From a plasmid: a stretch of DNA of 64,000 nt. The position numbers were made by a program, and so were the translations under genes. The notes beneath the pieces were generated by a model. The model was given only the letters and a program-made list of their open reading frames with translations, was not told where the DNA came from and ran no database searches. Each line of letters begins with the position of its first letter. The stretch's first letter is position 1. Of this stretch, positions 10,206-19,555 are shown piece after piece. Location of the stretch: the sequence record NZ_CP104305.1, one strand, 5' to 3'.

Positions 10206-11189
10206 TTAGCGTGTCTTTTCCTGAACTTTTCGCTCCAGCCCTTGCTCTTTTTTTGCCAAGTTTTTCTCAGTTGCATGTGCTTTTGCTCGCTCTGCCACTT
10301 GCTCAAAAGTCCGTGGTCGCTCCTTCATTTTTTGAAGGTTTTGGTCGAGTGTTTGATTGAATTTTTCGGCCGTGTTTTGAATCCTTGTCAGGCTCTTTGA
10401 AAGCTGCGACAAGTCCTTGTCTTTTGACCATGAGGCAAGGTACGGAAAGGTGTAATGACTCGTGTCAATACCCAGATGATGACAGACAATAAAAGCGGTA
10501 CTTTCCGCTTCCAATTCTTTGGTTGAAGTCTCAATTTTTTGACTCGGATCAGCGTGCAATTCACTGTGTGCTAACTCATGAACAAGCGTCTCTATTGTTT
10601 GTTGCTGGCTCATGCCGGGACGTAGTTGAATTTCTTTTTTTAGCGGACGGGTTAAGCCGTTTGTCTGTCCTGCTTGTAACTCTTTATTGAAGGTCACATG
10701 ATAGTCTGTTGCTTGCACGAGCGTCGCGTAGATCGCGGTGTAATCTGGCACTTCGCCCGTCAGCTCATTTGACAACATTTTAATCGGTTCACCACTTGTT
10801 TGTGAGTAATCAAAAACAGCCGCCGGACGAAAGAACATTTTGGACTTTTTTTCGGTTTTAATCGTGCCGTCAGGCTGCCTGACTTTGCGTTCATATTCTC
10901 GCTTGCCACCAGCTAATATCCGAATGCCTTTTTCACCTTTAGTGACTGAGCGATGGAACTTTGTTTGCCATGTGTTGAACCCTGCGACAAAGGACGCGTG
11001 AGGGTTCTGCAAGTAGATCAATAATTGGTTTCTAACACTGTACTGATGGAACCCACTACAAAACTTCAAATACTCTAAATACTCGTCAGTCGAAAAGACT
11101 TTCTTAGCCCCTTCCGCAGCGACTTCTAAAAGTTCTTTGGTAGTCTTTGGTGGCTGTTTCTCTTTTGGCTTTTCTGCCATGACAATCAC
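10206..11189 (-). CDS. ardC: ArdC-like antirestriction protein (ssDNA-binding N-domain plus zincin metalloprotease)
   Basis: YSVRNQLLI...FNTWQ motifs of ArdC N-domain and HELAH zinc-binding motif. Confidence 0.7.
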   Translation of the reverse strand: MIVMAEKPKEKQPPKTTKELLEVAAEGAKKVFSTDEYLEYLKFCSGFHQYSVRNQLLIYLQNPHASFVAGFNTWQTKFHRSVTKGEKGIRILAGGKREYERKVRQPDGTIKTEKKSKMFFRPAAVFDYSQTSGEPIKMLSNELTGEVPDYTAIYATLVQATDYHVTFNKELQAGQTNGLTRPLKKEIQLRPGMSQQQTIETLVHELAHSELHADPSQKIETSTKELEAESTAFIVCHHLGIDTSHYTFPYLASWSKDKDLSQLSKSLTRIQNTAEKFNQTLDQNLQKMKERPRTFEQVAERAKAHATEKNLAKKEQGLERKVQEKTR

Positions 11190-11198
11190 GCTTTCTTT

Positions 11199-12368
11199 TT
11201 ATGAATTAGAGCTGCGACTTTCACCAAGTGTCGAGAGGGCGTGTTCAAATGTTTTGACCGTTTCTTTGGCTTGTTGTCGCTTCTCCGCTGACTGCTGTGG
11301 ATCGTTCGCGATTTTGTTAAAAGCGTCGATCCCTGCGGCGTACTTTTTGCCGACTTCAATCGCTTGGTTAATCGTCGAATCCTTCAAGTCATCATTGATT
11401 TTTTGAGCCTTGTCGAAGTCTTTTTGACGGACATATCCAAGGGCAATAACTTCCGACAACGTTTTGCTTTTAAGCTGCTCATTGATCAGCACCGCCGCAT
11501 CGAATTGTTTGGTATGCACATAGGCCACTGCGAGCTTAATTTGACGTTCTTGTGAGAGCGTCACTTGGCTGCTCGTCTTAATGACCTGCGGCCAATCATG
11601 TTGCAGGTACGCAAGGTCAAACGCGGTCTCAGCTTTTGGGTAGGAACGTTGAAACTTAACAAGCTGTTTCACGTTACTTTGATCCGTGAGTTTCTTGCGT
11701 ACCTCATCGCGGCGAGCTGGATATAATTTTCCAGCTTCCACATATGAACCCTGCTTCATCAAAGCCGCATACGTTGGTGGGGCGTTATACGCATCAACCG
11801 CCAGCTTTGTGCCAAACAAAAAGCCACCTGCTAGAATCAGCAAAGCGGCAACGGTAATGAAACGTTTGAGAACCCTGTGGCTAATCTTGGGAAGTGAAAT
11901 TGAAGGTCTCTTGACCGTCATTCGCTTCGCTCCTTTAACCGTGGTTCTGTGTGGCTTCTCGCGTGTCCTTTTTGGGGTTGTATCAACCGCCAATGTGTCG
12001 TCGGTAGAAACAGGTTCAGAAGCAGTCTCAGCTTCACTATCTACTGACTCATCAGTGGTCGGTGGTGCTTCAACTTCTTGTCGTTTAGAAATCAAGTCAG
12101 AGATTAAATCTTCAATTTTGCCTTCAATCGGCAGCTTAATTTTCACTGAAAAAACAACCCGGTCACGGTGATAAGCCGTAATTTGGCAGCTACCTTCCTG
12201 CGCCAAATCAAACAGATGGTCACTAGCTTCTTGTAATTGCGCCAGTCCTTCGTCAAACGGCTGCGGGTCGGTAGCTAACGCCAGCCCTTCTTGATTAGTA
12301 ATCTTGATGGTGTCAGTCTCTTTATTATTTTTCCGACCCACACGCGTTCCTCCTTTCCTCATAGACAC
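11199..12368 (-). CDS. bitopic membrane protein, conjugation-associated hypothetical
   Basis: acidic N-region, single TM (FITVAALLILAGGFLF), helical repeat-like C-domain. Confidence 0.4.
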   Translation of the reverse strand: MSMRKGGTRVGRKNNKETDTIKITNQEGLALATDPQPFDEGLAQLQEASDHLFDLAQEGSCQITAYHRDRVVFSVKIKLPIEGKIEDLISDLISKRQEVEAPPTTDESVDSEAETASEPVSTDDTLAVDTTPKRTREKPHRTTVKGAKRMTVKRPSISLPKISHRVLKRFITVAALLILAGGFLFGTKLAVDAYNAPPTYAALMKQGSYVEAGKLYPARRDEVRKKLTDQSNVKQLVKFQRSYPKAETAFDLAYLQHDWPQVIKTSSQVTLSQERQIKLAVAYVHTKQFDAAVLINEQLKSKTLSEVIALGYVRQKDFDKAQKINDDLKDSTINQAIEVGKKYAAGIDAFNKIANDPQQSAEKRQQAKETVKTFEHALSTLGESRSSNS

Positions 12369-12376
12369 GCAGACAA

Positions 12377-12607
12377 TTAATGATAATCAGGCGCGTCTTG
12401 CTGGTGTTGTTTTTGCAATAACTTCGCCATATCCTCATACGTCATGTGACTTTCCGTCAATAGTTCATTCACCTTGTCAGCCTGCAAGGCTTTAAGGTCG
12501 CGGCGGGCAGTGGCTAATTGTTGCTGCACGCGCTTTTGTTGCGCCTCCAGTTCTTTAATACGCTTTTCTTTGGTGCTAATGCGATTCTCAAGACTTGTGC
12601 TTGCCAT
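12377..12607 (-). CDS. small coiled-coil protein
   Basis: 76 aa, heptad-rich, in operon. Confidence 0.3.
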   Translation of the reverse strand: MASTSLENRISTKEKRIKELEAQQKRVQQQLATARRDLKALQADKVNELLTESHMTYEDMAKLLQKQHQQDAPDYH

Positions 12608-12624
12608 TCTGGATAGCTCCTTTC

Positions 12625-13149
12625 TTAGTCATGACTTGCCTGGGATTGATTGAGACGATAAAGCGTACACCCAACAATCTTCTGTTGCGACATTGGCAAG
12701 CGCATCACTAAATCGTTTTTAACTGCATTACCATCGCTGGTAATCGTGTAGGCCAGCCGCACCATGGCTATTGTTTGGTGTCCCACTTGCGCATAAGTGA
12801 TCTCGCGATGCTGATACGTTACCTTATAAGACAAATCCGGGCCAACACCTGCTTTCCCGATATTTGCTGGGGGTACCAGTTGATCAGCGACAGTTTTCGT
12901 AGATAATTTCTCAATAGCATCGTGCCGTTTTTGCTGGTCAGCGTGATACCCAACCACCAAGTCGGCAAATGCAATGACCCGTTTATCAGTTTTTGCGGAC
13001 TGGCCAACCGTTGTGGCTCTCAAACGCGTTGTCGTCGCCTGTAAGGCGTCCTGGCTATCAGCAAAGCGATACCACACAACAATCATTAAAACCGTCACAA
13101 GGAGCGCATAAAGAGGTAAAAGCCAACGCGTCCATCTACGTTCTTCCAT
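12625..13149 (-). CDS. N-terminally anchored membrane protein (possible VirB8-like/PrgL-like)
   Basis: TM then ~140 aa extracytoplasmic domain; position just upstream of hydrolase/VirB4 genes. Confidence 0.35.
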   Translation of the reverse strand: MEERRWTRWLLPLYALLVTVLMIVVWYRFADSQDALQATTTRLRATTVGQSAKTDKRVIAFADLVVGYHADQQKRHDAIEKLSTKTVADQLVPPANIGKAGVGPDLSYKVTYQHREITYAQVGHQTIAMVRLAYTITSDGNAVKNDLVMRLPMSQQKIVGCTLYRLNQSQASHD

Positions 13150-13163
13150 ACTTTCCCTTCTTT

Positions 13164-15662
13164 CTACCGTGGGTGAATGTAGGTGTAAGCACCGACATTA
13201 CCTAACGTTTGTAAATTCGGCCCTGGTTGTTGCTTAAAGCCCGTTCCGCCTTGCGAGATGGTAATGGTTCCTTTGTCGGAGTCAACAGCTTCTACATAGG
13301 CAACATGGCCGTATACAGGGTCTGCTTGCCAGTTACCGACCATTTGACCGGCGGCAAAGCTCACTAAAGCGCCTTGTTGTGGGGTGTGATCGACACTAAA
13401 GCCTGCGGCGGCTGCTGAGTTTCCCCAGTCAGCACCATTGCCCCAGTTATTAGCCGCCCACCCGGAGCGTGCTTTTGCCCACCAAGTGCATTGACCAACC
13501 GGGTAAGAGTTCCCTCCGTTATGCAGCGTGATATTGCCAATCGAGTCACCACTCTTAAACCCAAAGATGGCTAAGAGTTTGTTGACGTTAGGCACCCAGT
13601 TCAAATTTAGGTTGTTAGGATCGTTCAACGCGCCAACAGGTGCGTAAGCAGCGCCCAACTTTTGAACAGTGTTTAGTCCTCTCGTGACAACTAGGTTGTG
13701 CAGGGTGGTGCCAGTGGCATCAATCCCAGCTTCCAGTGAAGGGTAGGCAATAATCGTCCCACCACTCATTTGACCACTAGGATTGTTGGCGCCACGAACC
13801 GCTGCACTGGTGCCCCATGAAGATTCAGTCCCCATGATAGCGGCAATCAAGGCCGGATTGACCCCTGCCTTTTTCGCGGCATCAATCGAATAGCTTTCCT
13901 TGTCTGCCAAAACGCCGTTAGAAAAATACTTCACCCACGCCGCATGAAACTTGCCAGCGTCAAAGTCCTGTCCTGTCAAGTCGCCCCCGCTAGTGACCAA
14001 CCCGTAAGTGGTCGCGTAAGTGTACTTAACATTTGGTAGCGCAAAAGCAGGGTTGAGTTCTTCTTCGATCGGCTGAGCAGGCGAAGCACTGCTTGTACTC
14101 TCAGATGAACCCGAACCTGACGTGCTGGTAGCCGGTGCGCTTGAAACACTCCCCTTGGAAGTCAAACCAGGCGTCGAGGGGACGCTATCAGAGTCCGTCG
14201 AAGATGATGGTGCGGTTGAAGATTCCTGGGGCGCACTCTGTTGCGTAATTTTGGTGAGTTGCAGCGTGATATTCTTTTCGCTTGTTCCTATTTGGTCTCC
14301 TTTCTTAACTTCCTGATAGGGTTTAACACTGATTGTTTTGAGACCACCAATGACAGTGCGCTTGCTGTCGGTGGCAATCGTCACACTGCCGTTTGAGCAG
14401 GACAAAACAGTGCCAGACATAACGGCAACAATCTTCTTGCCAACGTCACTAGAAATACGAATATGATTCGACATATTCTTCTCACCATTTCGCAATCGCC
14501 AAGCATAGCGGTCATTAACCATGATGGTCTCGTCTTGATTCTCAAAGGGCGACCCTAAAATCTCTTGCGTGCGATACTGCCCGACTTGTTGCATGGCATC
14601 GAGGCGGTCTTTATCGTTTTGAGAGAGGGCTTTAGGGTGGTTCTTTTCCCATTCATCAAAACTAGACAAATTGACGGTCACAGTTTTTGCATCAACTGTG
14701 ACCGTCATCATCTGATCATGTAATTTTTTAATTTTTTGTTTGAAGGCATCGTCAACTTTGAAGTCGTCATACTTAATCGACAAATAAGCCAACTCACGGT
14801 CAAAGTCAGAGATGAGTTCAATCCCATCAGTGGTAGCTTCTTGACCGTTAATAATGAGTGAGCGTCCGCTTGTGTTCGCCATACTATCAATGAATTCTTT
14901 AGTGGCATCAGTATCCAACTCTGTGATGTAGCTGTAAGCATCAGTCAAAGGCTTAGAATCGGCGGTTGTTGACATTGCTGGCACAAGCCAACCAAACATG
15001 GAACTCATCATCGCAAGTAAAGAAAATGCAATCCCTATTATCAGTATGATAGACACAGATTTAATCATTATCGGGACTGACAGCAGAAGTTTTAACATTT
15101 GCCTTGCAGAGCTAATCGGGTGACGCCAAGATAGGGTTGCGCCCTTCAAAGCACGCTGCTTCATCATCTTTCGGATTGACTTACGACTGTATGAAGTTTG
15201 TACCGGTTCGCCTAACTTCTTTGCTAGTCGCTTGCCTTTTCGATTTCTATGACGCTTTCGTTGTGCCCTTAATCGACTGGCACCTTGTTTAGTTTTTGCT
15301 AGGGACTGATACGTTGGATCGTTTTGGTCTTCATTCTGCTGGCTGTTGTTAGCAGCTACTACAGCACTCTTTTTTGCGGTTTCAACTGCGCCATGTTGAA
15401 GTGCTTGTCGGCTACGATGGCGGAAACGTTTGACCCAACCCGCCTGTTTCTTTTTCGCCTTGGCACTTTGAGCTAACAGGCCACGTCTAAACTGGCCTTT
15501 TTTGCGAACAAAACGTTTACCACCAAAGCCACCAACGCCTTGTATACGGTATTTATTGCCACGCAGGGCTTTCTTAAACCGACTAGGATCAGCGCTCACT
15601 AAAGCATCTTTAGGGTCATGATGCTGCTTGTTAAGCAGCATCTTCTTCCAACTATTCGCCAA
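13164..15662 (-). CDS. conjugative cell-wall hydrolase, three-domain (Ser/Thr-rich linker, lysozyme/SLT-like, CHAP)
   Basis: TM segment; LIAAIMGTESSWG glycosidase motif; C-terminal CHAP motifs GQCTWWAKAR ... YGHVAYVEAV; PrgK/TraG-like architecture. Confidence 0.75.
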   Translation of the reverse strand: MANSWKKMLLNKQHHDPKDALVSADPSRFKKALRGNKYRIQGVGGFGGKRFVRKKGQFRRGLLAQSAKAKKKQAGWVKRFRHRSRQALQHGAVETAKKSAVVAANNSQQNEDQNDPTYQSLAKTKQGASRLRAQRKRHRNRKGKRLAKKLGEPVQTSYSRKSIRKMMKQRALKGATLSWRHPISSARQMLKLLLSVPIMIKSVSIILIIGIAFSLLAMMSSMFGWLVPAMSTTADSKPLTDAYSYITELDTDATKEFIDSMANTSGRSLIINGQEATTDGIELISDFDRELAYLSIKYDDFKVDDAFKQKIKKLHDQMMTVTVDAKTVTVNLSSFDEWEKNHPKALSQNDKDRLDAMQQVGQYRTQEILGSPFENQDETIMVNDRYAWRLRNGEKNMSNHIRISSDVGKKIVAVMSGTVLSCSNGSVTIATDSKRTVIGGLKTISVKPYQEVKKGDQIGTSEKNITLQLTKITQQSAPQESSTAPSSSTDSDSVPSTPGLTSKGSVSSAPATSTSGSGSSESTSSASPAQPIEEELNPAFALPNVKYTYATTYGLVTSGGDLTGQDFDAGKFHAAWVKYFSNGVLADKESYSIDAAKKAGVNPALIAAIMGTESSWGTSAAVRGANNPSGQMSGGTIIAYPSLEAGIDATGTTLHNLVVTRGLNTVQKLGAAYAPVGALNDPNNLNLNWVPNVNKLLAIFGFKSGDSIGNITLHNGGNSYPVGQCTWWAKARSGWAANNWGNGADWGNSAAAAGFSVDHTPQQGALVSFAAGQMVGNWQADPVYGHVAYVEAVDSDKGTITISQGGTGFKQQPGPNLQTLGNVGAYTYIHPR

Positions 15663-18135
15663 TCACCTCGCCTCCATCTTCATGCTGTTTCTTACGAGAA
15701 ATGTATTGCTCCATATCTTCTGGTTTGGTAGACATGATCTTATAGAGCTTCGTCTTTTTTGGAAAATCATTCTCAAACGGAATAACGGCGTCACCGGCGA
15801 TCATTAGGCCATGACCGGAATCAGCGTTAGTAATGTAGCCTTCCTCTTGCTCCGACAAATGCAACATATCCGTGAGTTGATCACGGTCATTTGCGGCCTG
15901 GTCAAGTAATAGAACAAACTCACTGTTAGACAACATACGGCGGGCATTGTCACTTAGTAACAATGTCTCAACGTTCTGTGTGATGCCGGTTGGTAAAGCG
16001 CCCCATTTACGAGCGCGTGACCACAACTCGAAGAAGTAGTTTGAAGCAAATTCGTTACTTAACAGGAGCTGCATTTCATCGACATAAATCCACGTCCGTT
16101 TGCCTGAGTTCCGGTTCTTTGTGATTCGGTTCCAAATTTGGTCAAGCACAATCAACATACCCATGGAACGCAGGTTTTTACCTAAATCTTTGACGTCATA
16201 AACTACCACCGAATTGTCGTTATCCACGTTGGTTTGATGCGCGAACACAGACAATGACCCTTCGATGTACGGCTCCAGTTCAAGCGCAATTTGCTTGCCT
16301 TCATCTTCTGGCTGAAGCTTGAGAGTGTTCGACAGGTCAACCATTGTTGGCATGGCCGTGTGCTGCTCAAAATAACGTTGGTAAGTCAGCCGACAAGCAC
16401 GGTCAATCAAGGTACGCCGTTCAGCGGACAAGCCGTTTTTACCGCCAAGCAACATATCGCACATAGAAAGAATAAAGTCGGTTTTGAAGATAACGGGGTC
16501 TTCGTCATCACCGTAATCTTCGTTAATCTCCATTGGATTGATATGAGCGGTTGCGCCTTGAGAAATTGGAATGACTTCACCGCCAAGTGCTTGTGCAACG
16601 GCAGAATACTCACGTTCAGGATCAATAATCAGTACCTCAGAATCAGCATCACGGAGCCGTACTGACAACATTTCTTGTTTGCTGGCAAAGGATTTACCAG
16701 CACCAGGACGTCCTAAAATCATACCGTTGCCGGCTTTTAAGTTTCTCCGGTCAGCAGTCACTAAGTTCTGCGTCACTTGATTGACACCATAAACTAGACC
16801 ACTGCTATCGCTCAATTCTTGCGCTGTAAAGGGAATAAAAATAGCGGCCGCTGATGTTGTCAGTGTCCGCGAGACGGGTAGATAATTCTGTCCCCACATC
16901 AGCACTGAGTTAAGCGCTGCTTCTTGGAGATAATCTAGGTTGGCAAATTCGCAACTGTGACGACGGCCGGTAGCTTTGATCTGCTCAATAATTTCATCGA
17001 GCTGTTGGTCATTCTTGCCTTGTGCCATGACCAAAAACGTCACATCAAAGAGTTGCTGGTTATCGTCTTGCATTTGTTGAAGCAAGTCCTCAGCTTCATC
17101 AAGACTGTGCGTCAAGTTCTCCGGTAGAATATCTGGGTCATAACCGGCCTTCATGGCTTTCTGCTGCTCATCAGCCTTTTGCTTTTGCATGAAACCTTTC
17201 TTCGTCTGCACCATCTTCATACCCTTGACTGGGTCGATTGGGTGAATCTGAATTGAAATTTCTAAGTCGGCCATAATGTCTGTCAGGTCAGTAATTAAGC
17301 GATCACTAATTTCTGGCGGATAGTCCCGCAAATACAACACCTGCGCCACTTCATCGCCCATTTCAAAACGGTTTTTGGCGTGCTTGAAGTTGAAACTGGT
17401 CGGCGCAATCACAGAGTGCGTGGTCAGACCGCTAAACTTGAGGTCGTCATATTCAAAGTGAAGCGTCGTGCCAGGCCGTAAAGTCGCGTTCGCGAGCTTT
17501 AAGCGGCGCAAACCATTGAGCGGTCGTGCTGTTGACCCCATTTGGTGGAAACTCGTGATGACGTTCGCTTGAAGTTGATTCAAACTTGTTTTGGCGCGTT
17601 GGCGATTGTCTGCGCGCTGCGTGAAGGTCACATACTTCTCCTTGAGCAGGCTCGTGTTGCCACTCTCCACCCGTTCTCTCATGATATGGTTCATTTCATC
17701 ACGGAGCGTATTCAAATCGTCTGGTCGGTGCTTAAAGGACGTCTCCTGCATAAACTGACGAATATCCTTCCTGCGATTGATGATATTGACTTGTACAGAT
17801 GATTCACTGTCAAAACCATTGAGGAACTCAGCATACTTGCTAAAAATGTCGCTCTGATGGTCACGATCACTAATTTGGTAGTTAATATCTGAGATCGCGA
17901 CACTTTTTGAAAACACCCCAGGGGCAACCTCACACAAACCATCTTCATACATGGCGCGATAAGCCAGACTGTCCTGTGTTGCCCTTGAAGGGGCATCTTG
18001 ACGTTTCTGTTTCCCGCGTTCCTTTTTATGGCGCTTTAGTAGCTTCAAAGCCTTGTTATGACTGTTCGTCTTCGTACTCTTTGATCTTGTTTCGGTTCTT
18101 GTGAACATGAAGGCTAACCTCCTTTCGATTCTCAT
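15652..18135 (-). CDS. VirB4/TraE/PrgJ-family conjugal transfer ATPase
   Basis: Walker A GRPGAGKSF, Walker B region, ~800 aa. Confidence 0.85.
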   Translation of the reverse strand: MRIERRLAFMFTRTETRSKSTKTNSHNKALKLLKRHKKERGKQKRQDAPSRATQDSLAYRAMYEDGLCEVAPGVFSKSVAISDINYQISDRDHQSDIFSKYAEFLNGFDSESSVQVNIINRRKDIRQFMQETSFKHRPDDLNTLRDEMNHIMRERVESGNTSLLKEKYVTFTQRADNRQRAKTSLNQLQANVITSFHQMGSTARPLNGLRRLKLANATLRPGTTLHFEYDDLKFSGLTTHSVIAPTSFNFKHAKNRFEMGDEVAQVLYLRDYPPEISDRLITDLTDIMADLEISIQIHPIDPVKGMKMVQTKKGFMQKQKADEQQKAMKAGYDPDILPENLTHSLDEAEDLLQQMQDDNQQLFDVTFLVMAQGKNDQQLDEIIEQIKATGRRHSCEFANLDYLQEAALNSVLMWGQNYLPVSRTLTTSAAAIFIPFTAQELSDSSGLVYGVNQVTQNLVTADRRNLKAGNGMILGRPGAGKSFASKQEMLSVRLRDADSEVLIIDPEREYSAVAQALGGEVIPISQGATAHINPMEINEDYGDDEDPVIFKTDFILSMCDMLLGGKNGLSAERRTLIDRACRLTYQRYFEQHTAMPTMVDLSNTLKLQPEDEGKQIALELEPYIEGSLSVFAHQTNVDNDNSVVVYDVKDLGKNLRSMGMLIVLDQIWNRITKNRNSGKRTWIYVDEMQLLLSNEFASNYFFELWSRARKWGALPTGITQNVETLLLSDNARRMLSNSEFVLLLDQAANDRDQLTDMLHLSEQEEGYITNADSGHGLMIAGDAVIPFENDFPKKTKLYKIMSTKPEDMEQYISRKKQHEDGGEVIGE

Positions 18136-18427
18136 ATAGCCTTAAACCATTCATTTGTTGGTAGTGCAGAATAATCCCGATGTACTTTTCTAGCGGCAAG
18201 CCTTTAGGCTTAATCCAGCCAAAGGCCAACACCGGCATATCTAGGGGAATTAGCAAATTACCGGCACTATCCATTGACCAGTGCAGTCGCCATACAAGGA
18301 AATAAATAATAGCCGCTGAATAAACAGCGGCTATCGTGGCACAGATAAGTTGTCTTAAATCCATTGTCCCGATAATGCGTTCCTTGTAGGACTTGATTTC
18401 CTTTGGAACACGTACACGTAATGCCAT
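18056..18427 (-). CDS. VirB3/PrgI-like small membrane protein
   Basis: two TM helices, directly upstream of VirB4. Confidence 0.4.
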   Translation of the reverse strand: MALRVRVPKEIKSYKERIIGTMDLRQLICATIAAVYSAAIIYFLVWRLHWSMDSAGNLLIPLDMPVLAFGWIKPKGLPLEKYIGIILHYQQMNGLRLYENRKEVSLHVHKNRNKIKEYEDEQS

Positions 18428-18442
18428 TCATTTTCACCTCAC

Positions 18443-19276
18443 TTACATGGCAGTTGTCAGTGACTTCGCCCAGGCATTGGTCTGGAAAACAGCAAAAATA
18501 AGCAGAATAGAAAAGCCAAGCAAAGAAGCAATCATAGACCACAAACCGGCCGATGCCATATTCGCAAATGCTGTTTTTACCAAGAACGGATAGAACAACT
18601 GCACCATGTAGATCAGGGTGCCTTGTATGGAAACAGCCATAAAACTTTTGAAAAAGTTTTTTGCAATTCCTGAAAATTCGTGGTGTGGCATCGTTGAGAT
18701 TGGGATTGGAGCCACGGCTAAAAAGACGTACATTTGTAAGAACCGTCCTGTGACAACAACGTTGACAAGAACACCAGCCAACATAGTAATTAACATAACA
18801 ATGATCAAAACCAACCAGATCATTAGTTTTGTCCAAAAACTTTCTTTAGTGATTGGCTGGTAAATATCATTCAAACTGATTAATCCACTAATTTTCCCGT
18901 TGCTTACCAACTTACCAATGCCTTTTGAAAGAATAATACTAACTTGCAAAATTGCATTCATAAACAAACTCATACTATCCATTGCGATCTTGCAAAATGC
19001 CACCTTCACTAAGGCGGCTGAAATCAGCCTGACCCCTGCATCTGAACCACCTCCCATTGCTTCGACTTGTTCCGAAATACGATACAATTCAAGCAATGCA
19101 AACAACGCCAAAATCGTATAACCGACGGGCTTCATAACGTTGGTTTGAATTGCCATCGCAAAACCATACAGATCCTTACTCCAACTAGACAATGAAGAAG
19201 TAATACTATTCGTTCCAGCAGAATTAAGGATTGAATCTAAAATGAACTTAAGCTCACCCTTGATGGCATTGTCCAC
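18443..19276 (-). CDS. polytopic membrane protein, VirB6/PrgH-like
   Basis: 6+ TM helices, conserved position in Gram-positive T4SS operons. Confidence 0.45.
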   Translation of the reverse strand: MDNAIKGELKFILDSILNSAGTNSITSSLSSWSKDLYGFAMAIQTNVMKPVGYTILALFALLELYRISEQVEAMGGGSDAGVRLISAALVKVAFCKIAMDSMSLFMNAILQVSIILSKGIGKLVSNGKISGLISLNDIYQPITKESFWTKLMIWLVLIIVMLITMLAGVLVNVVVTGRFLQMYVFLAVAPIPISTMPHHEFSGIAKNFFKSFMAVSIQGTLIYMVQLFYPFLVKTAFANMASAGLWSMIASLLGFSILLIFAVFQTNAWAKSLTTAM

Positions 19277-19294
19277 TTGCGTTTGCCTCCCTTA

Positions 19295-19555
19295 CTAAGT
19301 TAAAGAAATCGAGTTAAACAGCGCTCCAGCAGCAATGATTAAACCACCACCAGCAATCGTCCAGATACCACTTTGAATACCAGGGCCATTGTGATCCTTC
19401 AATGCACCGCCAAGGCCAACTAAGCCCCATGCGGCGTAAATAGAACCGCCCGCAATCGCGAATTTAGCCATCAGTGATACGGCTTGTGTTAAAACGTTCA
19501 TATTCTGTTCCTCCTTATGATTAAGCTTCTTTGACGATTTGAGTTTGCTCATCAA
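19295..19555 (-). CDS. small Gly-rich membrane protein
   Basis: two hydrophobic segments with GGxxG repeats; true start possibly MNVLTQ. Confidence 0.3.
   Translation of the reverse strand: MMSKLKSSKKLNHKEEQNMNVLTQAVSLMAKFAIAGGSIYAAWGLVGLGGALKDHNGPGIQSGIWTIAGGGLIIAAGALFNSISLT

Noticed and set aside
16291-17996. Antisense or internal ORFs inside the VirB4 gene (16291-16665, 16407-16625, 16571-16780, 17542-17802, 17712-17996), and similar ORFs inside hsdR, hsdM, spaC and the adhesin
   Set aside because: Nested in long, motif-supported CDSs. No independent support.
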